A stretch of 64,000 bases of DNA from Candidatus Latescibacterota bacterium (GTDB taxonomy: Bacteria > Latescibacterota > UBA2968 > GCA-2709665). A program made the position numbers and the translations under genes. Each line of letters begins with the position of its first letter. The stretch's first letter is position 1. The stretch is taken from assembly GCA_965222075.1 (NCBI GenBank), contig OZ244937.1, positions 3,200,001 to 3,264,000 on the forward strand. Reading direction: 5' to 3'. Under the pieces are notes generated by a model that was not told the origin of the DNA, did no database searches, and worked only from the letters and a program-made list of their open reading frames with translations. Positions 40,399-48,892 of this stretch are shown here, one piece after another.

Positions 40399-41214
40399 AT
40401 GTCACGAATTTCGGATGCGTTTGCCCGTCTGAAGCAGCGGGGGCAAACCGGGTTCGTCGCCTATATCACGGCCGGCGATCCCGACCTGGAAACCACCCGG
40501 GCACTGGTTCTGGAACTGGAGCGTTGCGGGGTGGATATTCTCGAACTCGGGGTTCCGTTTTCCGATCCCTTAGCGGACGGACCCGAGATCCAGAGGGCCT
40601 ACCAGCGGGCGCTGAGGCACGGGATATCTCTTGCAGACGTTCTGGACCTGGTAAGCGACCTCAGAAAAGAGACCCGCATCCCGATCGTTCTGTTTACCTA
40701 TTACAACCCGGTCCACCGTTACGGGCTGGAACGCCTGGTGGACCGGGCGGCGGAGGTGGACATCGACGGGATTCTGGCGCTGGACCTCCCTCCTGAAGAG
40801 GCGGGGGATTACAAGCGGTTGATGGACGCGCGCGGCCTGGATACGATCTTTCTGATTGCGCCGACCAGCCGGGACGACCGGATTCGCTTGATTTCGTCCT
40901 GCACCACCGGATTTGTCTATTATATCTCTCGCACGGGGGTCACCGGAGAGCGGGAGCGGCTTGCGGATACGGTTCGGCCGATGGTGGAAAAGATCCGAAG
41001 CCATACCGCACACCCGATCGCCGTCGGCTTCGGGATTTCAAAGCCCGAGCATGCGAAAGAAATCGCCGGATACGCCGATGCGGTGGTAGTCGGCAGCGCC
41101 ATTGTCCGCCGCATCGGGGAGAAAGAAGGAGACACGGACCTGGTCTCCCACGTCGGCGACTTTGTGAAGAACCTGGTCCGGCCGCTGAAGGAGGAAAGGC
41201 ATGGAAATCGATGA
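40399..41214 (+). CDS. trpA: Tryptophan synthase alpha chain
   Basis: ELGVPFSDPLADGP, GVTG, VGFGIS. Confidence 0.97.
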   Translation: MSRISDAFARLKQRGQTGFVAYITAGDPDLETTRALVLELERCGVDILELGVPFSDPLADGPEIQRAYQRALRHGISLADVLDLVSDLRKETRIPIVLFTYYNPVHRYGLERLVDRAAEVDIDGILALDLPPEEAGDYKRLMDARGLDTIFLIAPTSRDDRIRLISSCTTGFVYYISRTGVTGERERLADTVRPMVEKIRSHTAHPIAVGFGISKPEHAKEIAGYADAVVVGSAIVRRIGEKEGDTDLVSHVGDFVKNLVRPLKEERHGNR

Positions 41215-41473
41215 CTGGCGAAAAAAAATTGATGAACTGAATGGCAAGCTGCTGGCGCTCCTGAACCAGAGAGCGCAATGTGCCCTGGAGATCGGGAAGA
41301 TCAAGCAGGCTACAGGCCAGCCGGTCTACGCCCCGGACCGGGAGACCGCGGTGCTCAACCACATCCGGGAGATGAATACGGGGCCGTTGAGCAACGACGC
41401 TGTTCAGCGGATCTTTCGACAGATCATCGATGAGTCCCTGCGCCTGGAACGGGAACACGGGGAGGGTGGATAG
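41201..41473 (+). CDS. Chorismate mutase (AroQ type)
   Basis: RKKIDEL..LLNQR..IGKIK..PDRE. Confidence 0.88.
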   Translation: MEIDDWRKKIDELNGKLLALLNQRAQCALEIGKIKQATGQPVYAPDRETAVLNHIREMNTGPLSNDAVQRIFRQIIDESLRLEREHGEGG

Positions 41474-41492
41474 GGTGTTGGCCCGCTTCCGG

Positions 41493-41643
41493 GCCTCCGA
41501 CTGTAGCGCAAACTGTTCGTTTGCGCAATAAGAACACGGGGGAATAGATATCACGTTCTTCTCACCCCCCCACAAACTGACAGTTTGTGCTACGACACCC
41601 CTCCCATAAACGGACAGCTTGTACTACGACCCGCTCGCTTTTT
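41493..41643. repeat. 151-bp direct repeat DR1 containing three GTAG REPs
   Basis: 3 mismatches versus 42833-42983. Confidence 0.95.
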
Positions 41644-41699
41644 GGAGGGTGTAACCGGCCCCGTTTTGGTCGATATATTCAGGGCAAGGAGTACGAGAA

Positions 41700-41900
41700 A
41701 TGACAAGTGTCACGGAAATTCAGCAAGCGATTCTATCCCTTCCCGAAGACGATTATCTTCAATTGAAACAATGGTTTAGCGAGCTGGACTGGGAAAAGTG
41801 GGACCGGCGGATTGAAGCGGATTCAAAAGGCGGAAAATTGGATTTCCTGACTGCCGAAGCCTTTGAAGCCAAAGAGAAGGGCAGGCTCAAGGAACTTTAG
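41700..41900 (+). CDS. Putative antitoxin
   Basis: 66 aa, EIQQAILSLP...WDRRIEAD..GKLD, directly upstream of a RelE-like toxin. Confidence 0.7.
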   Translation: MTSVTEIQQAILSLPEDDYLQLKQWFSELDWEKWDRRIEADSKGGKLDFLTAEAFEAKEKGRLKEL

Positions 41901-42107
41901 ATGCACCGGACAACACCCCGCTTCCGGGCCCACTTTGAGCGACTCCCGGAATCTGTCCGAAGGGTTGCGAGACGGAATTTCCGCCTGCTCAAGGCAAACC
42001 CAAGGCATCCCTCTCTTCACTTCAGGAAAGTCGGCAAGTTTTGGTCGGTCCGCACGGGACTTTCTCACCGGGCGCTCGCCGTTGAAGTAGAACGAAATGA
42101 CAGATGA
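41901..42107 (+). pseudogene. RelE/ParE-like toxin, apparently 3'-truncated
   Basis: NPRHPSLHFRKVGKFWSVR..HRALAV; the usual terminal WIG.H..Y segment is absent. Confidence 0.65.
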
Positions 42108-42871
42108 GCCACTTTGACTACAAACCGTTCTATCGCCGCAACCTGCCACATATACAGCCGCCCGGTGCAACCTTCTTCGTCACGTTCCATCTTGCAGGTT
42201 CCCTACCGCGGACAGTCTTGCAACAATGGGCAACGGAGAAAGACCAGCTCGAAACAGAAAAATTGCGCCTTGCTAAGTTGCGAAGTAACATTCGTTTTGC
42301 CTCAGCAGAACACATTACACTTGAGAAAGAACGTGAACATCGTGAGTGGGAATGGCAACGACGGTGGTTCCGGAAATTTGAAACAACGCTAGACAAAGCG
42401 CAAAGTGGGCCCGTGTGGCTCAAAGATGAGCGAATTGCTAAAGAGGTGGCAGAGAGCCTACGCTACCGGGACGGAAAAGTGTATCGCCTGGATGCCTACT
42501 GTATCATGGCCAATCACGTACACATTGTGTTTGCACCCCTTGTGATGCAACCTTCCGTAACGCAACCTGACAGCTTGCAGGACAATGCGACCAAAGCGGA
42601 CAATTTGTGCTACAACTCGCTTTCCTCGATTATGCAATCGCTCAAAGGCTATACAGCGTGGAAAGCAAATACGCTATTGGGGCGACATGGGCCATTTTGG
42701 CAGCACGAAAGTTACGATCGAAGTATTCGGCATGCAAGTGAATGGGAGCGGATTATAACCTATGTTCTCAACAACCCGGCAAAAGCGGGTTTGGTGGATC
42801 ATTGGGAAAAGTGGCGTTGGAGTTATTACCGAGCCTCCGACTGTAGCGCAAACGGTTCGTTTGCGCAATAA
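42104..42871 (+). mobile_element. REP-associated tyrosine (Y1/HUH) transposase, RAYT
   Basis: RRNLPH, FFVTF, IMANHVH (HUH), FWQHESYDRSIR, YVLNNPAKAGLV; flanked by REPs. Confidence 0.9.
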
Positions 42872-42983
42872 GAACACGGGGGAATAGATATCACGTTCTT
42901 CTCACCCCCCCACAAACTGACAGTTTGTGCTACGACACCCCTCCCATAAACGGACAGCTTGTACTACAACTCGCTCGCTTTTT
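42833..42983. repeat. 151-bp direct repeat DR2
   Basis: Copy of DR1; contains the RAYT stop codon. Confidence 0.95.
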
Positions 42984-43002
42984 TACGGAGACGATTGAAA
43001 CC

Positions 43003-44031
43003 ATGGGTTTTCAGCGCATCAAAACGCTTCCGAGCCCCGATGAGATTCGGGAAGCGATCCCCCTCTCCGGTGAGATCGCAAAGGTGAAGCAGAGGCGGGA
43101 CCGGGAGATCCAGGCCATTTTCGAGCGAAAAAGCGACAAATTCCTCGTTGTGATCGGACCGTGTTCGGCACACAATGAAGATGCGGTTTGCGAATACGTG
43201 GCGCGGCTGGCCAGGTTGCAGGAGGTGGTCGAAGAGCGGCTTCTGCTTGTGCCGAGGATTTATACCAACAAGCCCCGGACGACCGGGGAAGGCTACAAAG
43301 GGATGGGGCACCAGCCGGATCACCAGAAGGAACCCAACATTGCCGAAGGGATCTATGCGATTCGACAGATGCACCTCCGGACGATTCGAGAGTCCCACCT
43401 GACAGCGGCCGACGAGATGCTTTATCCCACCAACCTCCCCTATGTGGAGGACGTGCTGAGCTACATCGCAGTGGGCGCCCGGTCGGTGGAAAACCAGCAG
43501 CACCGTTTAACCTGCAGCGGCGTGGATGTCCCTGTGGGAATGAAGAATCCCACCGGCGGGGATATATCGGTGATGCTGAACGCAATTTATGCCTCACAGA
43601 TCCCTCACGTGTTTATCTACAATGGGTGGGAGGTGAGTACGTCCGGGAATCCCCATACCCACGGGATCTTGCGGGGAGCCGTGGATTCCTACGGCCGGAG
43701 TATTCCGAATTACCATTATGAAGATCTGATTTATATGGCGGAGGCGTATCTGGAGCACGAACTGGCGCATCCCGCGCTGATTGTGGATTGCAACCACAAC
43801 AATTCGAACAAACACTACGCCGAGCAGCCCCGGATCGGCATGGAGGTGATGCAGAGCCGCCGGAGATCCGACATCTTAAATGGGATGATCCGGGGGCTGA
43901 TGGTCGAGAGCTATCTGGTGGAAGGGTCGCAGAGCGTGGACGAAAACGTGTACGGGAAATCGATTACCGATCCCTGTCTGGGCTGGGAGGACTCCGAGGC
44001 GTTTGTGAAAGAGCTGGCGGAGGCGGTATAA
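43003..44031 (+). CDS. aroF: DAHP synthase, class I-alpha
   Basis: GPCS, KPRTT, GARS, GMKN, MVES, SITDPCLGW. Confidence 0.93.
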   Translation: MGFQRIKTLPSPDEIREAIPLSGEIAKVKQRRDREIQAIFERKSDKFLVVIGPCSAHNEDAVCEYVARLARLQEVVEERLLLVPRIYTNKPRTTGEGYKGMGHQPDHQKEPNIAEGIYAIRQMHLRTIRESHLTAADEMLYPTNLPYVEDVLSYIAVGARSVENQQHRLTCSGVDVPVGMKNPTGGDISVMLNAIYASQIPHVFIYNGWEVSTSGNPHTHGILRGAVDSYGRSIPNYHYEDLIYMAEAYLEHELAHPALIVDCNHNNSNKHYAEQPRIGMEVMQSRRRSDILNGMIRGLMVESYLVEGSQSVDENVYGKSITDPCLGWEDSEAFVKELAEAV

Positions 44032-44073
44032 TCGGGGGTCGGATAACAGATAGAGGTAACAGGGTAGCCCCAA

Positions 44074-45186
44074 ATGTCCAGTGATCAACCATTCTCACCG
44101 GAGCGAATCGCCATCGTCGGCGTTGGGCTGATTGGCGGGTCTCTCGGTCTGGCCTTCAAACGCCTCGGGATCGGGCGGGAGATTGTTGGGATCAGTCGGA
44201 TGGAGACTCTGGAGACGGCACAGGGGCTGGGCGTGATCGATGTCGGCTATCCGTATGAAGCGCTGGAGAGGGGTGTGCAGGCGGCCGATCTGGTTTTGCT
44301 GTGCACGCCGATTTCCCGCATCTTAAGCCTGCTTCCAGAGGTGCTGGCGAGCGTTCCCCAGGGTGCACTGGTCAGCGATGTGGGCAGCACCAAACGGGAG
44401 ATCGTTTCCCGGGCAACCTCGCTGGGACGCGGTGGGGTGCACTTTATCGGCGGACACCCGATGGCGGGTTCGGAACGAACGGGGGTTTCCGCGGCTGATC
44501 CCTTTCTTTTTCAAAATGCGATTTATGTGCTTACCCCAACTCCGGAGGTTCCCGAGGCGGTGTGCGACCACTTTGTGGATCTGGCCAAGCGGCTCGGCGC
44601 TCGGCCGATGCGTATGCACCCGGCGACACACGACCGGATCGCTGCGGCCGTCAGTCACCTGCCCCAGTTAATGGCCACGGCGCTGGTAGGCGAGATCGGC
44701 CGGCTGAACGAGGCGGACAGGCTGCCCTTGCAGATGGCCGCGGGAGGGTTCCGGGACATGACGCGGATCGCATCGAGCCCCTATGAGATGTGGCGGGATA
44801 TCTGCCAGACCAATGCAGAACCGATCCGCGAGATGATCGACCGATACATCGAAGCGCTCTGCGGCCTCCGGGAGAAGGTGGACGAGGGTGGGCTTGCAGA
44901 GGATTTCGCGTTTGCCAACCGGATTCGGAGCAGTATCCCGAAGGACTCCAAGGGGTTTTTGCATCCGCTGCACGAGATCCTGCTGGTTGTGGAGGACCGG
45001 CCGGGGGTGATTGCAAAGGTGGCGGACGCGCTGGCCGAGGCCGACATGAATATTGACGATATTGAGGTGCTCAAGGTGCGCGAGGGGGAGGGCGGGACGA
45101 TTCGTATGGGGTTTGATTCGCGGGAGACGGCAGAGCGGGCGGTCAGGATTCTGGAGAGGGTGGGATACCGGGTGCGGATGCGGTAG
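44074..45186 (+). CDS. tyrA: Prephenate dehydrogenase with C-terminal ACT domain
   Basis: GVGLIGGS, DVGSTK, GHPMAG, SHLP, DRPG. Confidence 0.93.
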   Translation: MSSDQPFSPERIAIVGVGLIGGSLGLAFKRLGIGREIVGISRMETLETAQGLGVIDVGYPYEALERGVQAADLVLLCTPISRILSLLPEVLASVPQGALVSDVGSTKREIVSRATSLGRGGVHFIGGHPMAGSERTGVSAADPFLFQNAIYVLTPTPEVPEAVCDHFVDLAKRLGARPMRMHPATHDRIAAAVSHLPQLMATALVGEIGRLNEADRLPLQMAAGGFRDMTRIASSPYEMWRDICQTNAEPIREMIDRYIEALCGLREKVDEGGLAEDFAFANRIRSSIPKDSKGFLHPLHEILLVVEDRPGVIAKVADALAEADMNIDDIEVLKVREGEGGTIRMGFDSRETAERAVRILERVGYRVRMR

Positions 45187-45206
45187 GGAATTGAAAATTG
45201 GGGACA

Positions 45207-46535
45207 ATGCGTAACGCGGGAGACTTGAAGACGGTGGCAGTGACAGGGCAGACGATGGAGGCAATACAGGGGCTTTCCGGAGAGGGTGACCTTCCCGGAA
45301 ATCCGGAGATTTCGCTGATGGCGCTTGCGCTTGCGGCAAAGGCGGAGGGAGTGTCGGAGATTTGCCGGTGTTCACGGCGGCCCGATGTGGATGCCCTGGT
45401 GGACGCTCTGACGCGGTTCGGCCTGGCGGTTGAGCGGGGGGAAGAGGGGGTGAGGGTTACCGGTGGGGAGCTACAGGCGCTGGAGGGACCGCTCGATGCG
45501 GGGCGGTCGGAGGTCCTTTTCGCCTGTCTGACCGGGCTGCTGGCGGACGCGCCCTTCCAGTCGCAACTGGACGGGAATGCCGCCTGCGCTGCCCGGATCG
45601 AGCCCGTACTGGAGGCGCTGCGCGCCCTGGATGCCCCGATTTTTACACCGGCCGAAGGCATTTTTCCACTCAAGGTGGGCGGCCGTGCGTTAAAGCCGGG
45701 GCGGCACCAGGGCGGGGTGCCCAGTACGGCGGTTAAGTGCGCGGTGTTCCTGGCCGGGCTGGGGATCGAAGGTGCGGTCGAGTTGATTCAGGAGGCCCCG
45801 GGCGACGAGGACCTGGAGGTCCTGTTCAGGGCGGCGGGGGCGACGCTGGAGAAGGGGCGGGTTGAAGGAGGAATGGGGCACCGGATTGCCCTGGAAGGCC
45901 CTGTGCGCGTGCAGCCGGCCTGCCACGACGTTCCGGGAGATCCGACCGCGGCCCTGTTTTTGCTTCTTACGGCGGCGATGCTGAAGGGGTCGGAACTGAC
46001 GCTGAACGGGATGGGCAACAATTGGAAGGCCCGCCGGATGCTGGACCTGCTCCGCCGGCTGAACGTCCAGCTTGAGGTCCAGGTGACCCGGTCCGCGTCG
46101 GGTTTCTCCACGCGCCGGGTGCGCGTGGTGGGCTCCGAACTCCGGCCGATCAAGATCTCGGACCCGCAGGCGGCCCTCTTTCTAAACGAGCTTCCTTTCC
46201 TGGCGGTTGTGGGTGCCTGCGCCGGGGGGGAGACCATTATCCGGGACGCTCAGGCCCTGCGGCAGGGAAAGACCGATTGCATTGCCCTTGTGGTGGAAAA
46301 TCTCCGGAAGATGCAGGCGCACGTAGGTGAAATTCCCGATGGTCTGGTGGTGCAGGGAGGGCTTCGGCTGCAGGGGGCCGAGGTGGATGCCGGCGGGGAT
46401 TCCCGGATTGCCATGGCGTTCACGCTGGCAGGACTGGTTGCCGAAGGGGAGACGACGGTTTTGAATCGAGGGCAGATGGACCGGGATTTTTTCGGGGTTA
46501 TGGAAGCGCTGTTATCCGTTGCGCAAATCACATAA
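45207..46535 (+). CDS. EPSP synthase (AroA) homologue with degenerate active site
   Basis: AroA-like length, VPGDP and GDSRIAM, operon position; most catalytic residues substituted. Confidence 0.8.
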   Translation: MRNAGDLKTVAVTGQTMEAIQGLSGEGDLPGNPEISLMALALAAKAEGVSEICRCSRRPDVDALVDALTRFGLAVERGEEGVRVTGGELQALEGPLDAGRSEVLFACLTGLLADAPFQSQLDGNAACAARIEPVLEALRALDAPIFTPAEGIFPLKVGGRALKPGRHQGGVPSTAVKCAVFLAGLGIEGAVELIQEAPGDEDLEVLFRAAGATLEKGRVEGGMGHRIALEGPVRVQPACHDVPGDPTAALFLLLTAAMLKGSELTLNGMGNNWKARRMLDLLRRLNVQLEVQVTRSASGFSTRRVRVVGSELRPIKISDPQAALFLNELPFLAVVGACAGGETIIRDAQALRQGKTDCIALVVENLRKMQAHVGEIPDGLVVQGGLRLQGAEVDAGGDSRIAMAFTLAGLVAEGETTVLNRGQMDRDFFGVMEALLSVAQIT

Positions 46536-46565
46536 GAAGCTTCTTACAAAACAGAGGAGAAGACC

Positions 46566-46706
46566 ATGAGGCTGATGATCCGACTTGCCCTCCTGACGGC
46601 CCTGTTTTTACTGGGAGGCGTTGTGTTCATCCGGTATACCTACGGCTGTTCGTGGAAGGAAAGTTTCGGAATTGCGAACCAGTTTGTGTCTGATCTCGTC
46701 GGTTAG
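46566..46706 (+). CDS. Small 46-aa single-TM protein
   Basis: GAGGAG RBS, MRLMIRLALLTALFLLGGVVFIRYTYGCSWKESF...; fills the gap before aroE. Confidence 0.65.
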   Translation: MRLMIRLALLTALFLLGGVVFIRYTYGCSWKESFGIANQFVSDLVG

Positions 46707-46718
46707 GGAGCAGGGCCT

Positions 46719-47579
46719 TTGAATATCCGCGCAACCACCAGGGTACTGGGGGTTATCGGACATCCGATCACCCATTCTTTTTCCCCCGATATGCACAACG
46801 CCGCAATTGACGCCCTCGGCGTCGATTTCTGCTATGTGGCGTTCCACGTGCTGCCTTCTGGGGTTGGCGCGGCCCTGCAGGGCCTGCGAGGGCTCAATAT
46901 CCGGGGGTTGAACGTGACCATCCCCCACAAGCTGGCCGTGATGACGCACTTAGACCGGATTTCCGAGGAGGCCTTAGCGGTGGGGGCTGTGAATACCATC
47001 TCCCACGAGGAGGGAGAACTGGTCGGGTACAATACCGACGTTTACGGGGTGCTCACCGCCCTGGAGAAGGCGCTACAGGCCTTCCCGGATCACTGTGTGG
47101 TTCTGGGTGCAGGGGGGGCGGCTCGGGCGGCTGTGTATGCCCTGGGGAGCCGCGCAGAGGTCCGGAGGCTGACGGTTCTCAACCGAACCGTGGCGCGGGC
47201 CGAGGCGCTTGCCCGGGATATGGAGAAGATGACCGGCAAATCCATATCGGTGGGGGCGATGGAGGCCGATACACAGGCCCGGGCGTTCGCCGATGCCGGG
47301 CTGGTGGTGAACACCACATCTTTGGGGATGCATCCGAACGTGGAGGCCTCTCCCCTGCTGGATGAGCATGCGGTGCATGCCGATCTGGTCCTCTACGATA
47401 CGGTGTTCAATCCTGCACAGACGCGGCTGATGGCGCAGTTTCGGGCGGGGGGCGCTCCGGCATACGGAGGGCTGGATATGCTGGTCTACCAGGGGGCCCG
47501 GTCCTTCGCCATCTGGACCGGCATCGAGCCGCCCACCGATGTGATGAAACAGGCCATTGCGGGCCGGTTCCCGTCCTAG
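46719..47579 (+). CDS. aroE: Shikimate dehydrogenase
   Basis: HSFSP, NVTIPHK, AVNT, NTD, GAGGAARA, MLVYQG. Confidence 0.95.
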   Translation: MNIRATTRVLGVIGHPITHSFSPDMHNAAIDALGVDFCYVAFHVLPSGVGAALQGLRGLNIRGLNVTIPHKLAVMTHLDRISEEALAVGAVNTISHEEGELVGYNTDVYGVLTALEKALQAFPDHCVVLGAGGAARAAVYALGSRAEVRRLTVLNRTVARAEALARDMEKMTGKSISVGAMEADTQARAFADAGLVVNTTSLGMHPNVEASPLLDEHAVHADLVLYDTVFNPAQTRLMAQFRAGGAPAYGGLDMLVYQGARSFAIWTGIEPPTDVMKQAIAGRFPS

Positions 47580-47581
47580 CC

Positions 47582-48319
47582 GTGAAACCGGACGTCTTTT
47601 TTCGACCCGAGGCAAAGCGGGCCTTTGTCCGGCAGATGTTCGACGGAATTGCCGGCACGTACGACCTGCTCAACCACCTGCTCAGCGCCGGCGTTGACAT
47701 CCTGTGGCGCCGGCAGACGGTCGACGGGCTGCGTCCGGTATCCGGCTGGCGCGTTCTGGATCTGGCAACGGGTACCGGAGACCTCGGGTTTGAGGCTGCA
47801 GGCCGCAACCCCGAGATCTGTGTTGTGGGTGTGGACCTTTCCCTGCCGATGCTCCGGCGGGGAGCGGGTAAGGCCGCAACCCGATCGGGTCGGATGGCCT
47901 TTTTGTGTGGCGACGCCGAACACCTTCCCTTCCCGGACCGGATATTTGAAGGGATTACCATCGGCTTCGGGGTTCGGAACCTGGCCGATCTTCACGCCGG
48001 CATCCAGGAGATGTACCGCGTCCTTTGCCCCGGAGGCAGGGTTGCCATCCTCGAATTTTCTCGTCCCCGCGCCTTCCTCTTAAGGGGGCTCTACCTCTTC
48101 TACTTCAAACATGCCCTCCCTCTGATGGGTCGGATCGTTTCCCGCGACCCTCTCGCCTATCGCTACCTTTATGAGTCCGTGATGCGGTTTCCCGAAGGCG
48201 ATGATTTCTGTCGGCATCTCCTCGATGCAGGATTTGTCGATGTTGTTGAACGTCGCTTGACATTCGGTATTGCCACCCTATATTTAGCTTCTAAGACCGT
48301 TGAAGAGGACCGGGTTTGA
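47582..48319 (+). CDS. menG: UbiE/MenG methyltransferase
   Basis: MFDGIA..YDLLN, LDLATGTGD, FGVRN, LEFS. Confidence 0.9.
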   Translation: MKPDVFFRPEAKRAFVRQMFDGIAGTYDLLNHLLSAGVDILWRRQTVDGLRPVSGWRVLDLATGTGDLGFEAAGRNPEICVVGVDLSLPMLRRGAGKAATRSGRMAFLCGDAEHLPFPDRIFEGITIGFGVRNLADLHAGIQEMYRVLCPGGRVAILEFSRPRAFLLRGLYLFYFKHALPLMGRIVSRDPLAYRYLYESVMRFPEGDDFCRHLLDAGFVDVVERRLTFGIATLYLASKTVEEDRV

Positions 48320-48367
48320 TCGGGAAGCGAGGGGGGGAGTCATTCGCTTTCGAGGGCCACGCACAGT

Positions 48368-48853
48368 ATGCCGGATGTGATACCAGTCGGACTCATACAA
48401 GCCGTTCTGATTCTTGCGCCTTTGATCCTGGCCCTGTCGATTGGGGCGCACCGCCGCCTTCGGCGACATGTGTATTCCAGCCCGGAGCCGATCGCTTTTT
48501 TTCGGAATTTCCGGTGGAACTCCTGTCTGATCCTGATCGGGAGCATTTTTCTGCTGAGGGGGGCCGCAGGCGCGTATGCGCTGGGGCGCGTGGCTCAGGT
48601 TTGCGGGTTGATTCTGGCGCTGGAATTCTTCTATGTGGCCTATGCGAACCTCCACATGGTGATGAGCGCGAAGGGGCTGCTGATGGGCATGAGTTTTTCT
48701 CCCTGGCGTCGCTTTGCCGGTTATACCTGGCTTTCGGACCACGATTTGGAACTGCACTCCCGCTCCCGGCGCCGGTACCGCCTTCGCGTACCGGCGCACA
48801 TGAAGGCGTATGTGCAGGAGATCGTGGATCTGAACATTCTGAAGGAAAGATAA
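48368..48853 (+). CDS. Hypothetical membrane protein (3 TM + small soluble domain)
   Basis: Hydrophobic helices; in operon. Confidence 0.65.
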   Translation: MPDVIPVGLIQAVLILAPLILALSIGAHRRLRRHVYSSPEPIAFFRNFRWNSCLILIGSIFLLRGAAGAYALGRVAQVCGLILALEFFYVAYANLHMVMSAKGLLMGMSFSPWRRFAGYTWLSDHDLELHSRSRRRYRLRVPAHMKAYVQEIVDLNILKER

Positions 48854-48892
48854 GGCAGATCGTCTTCCCGTTACACGCTCTGGAGATATGCC

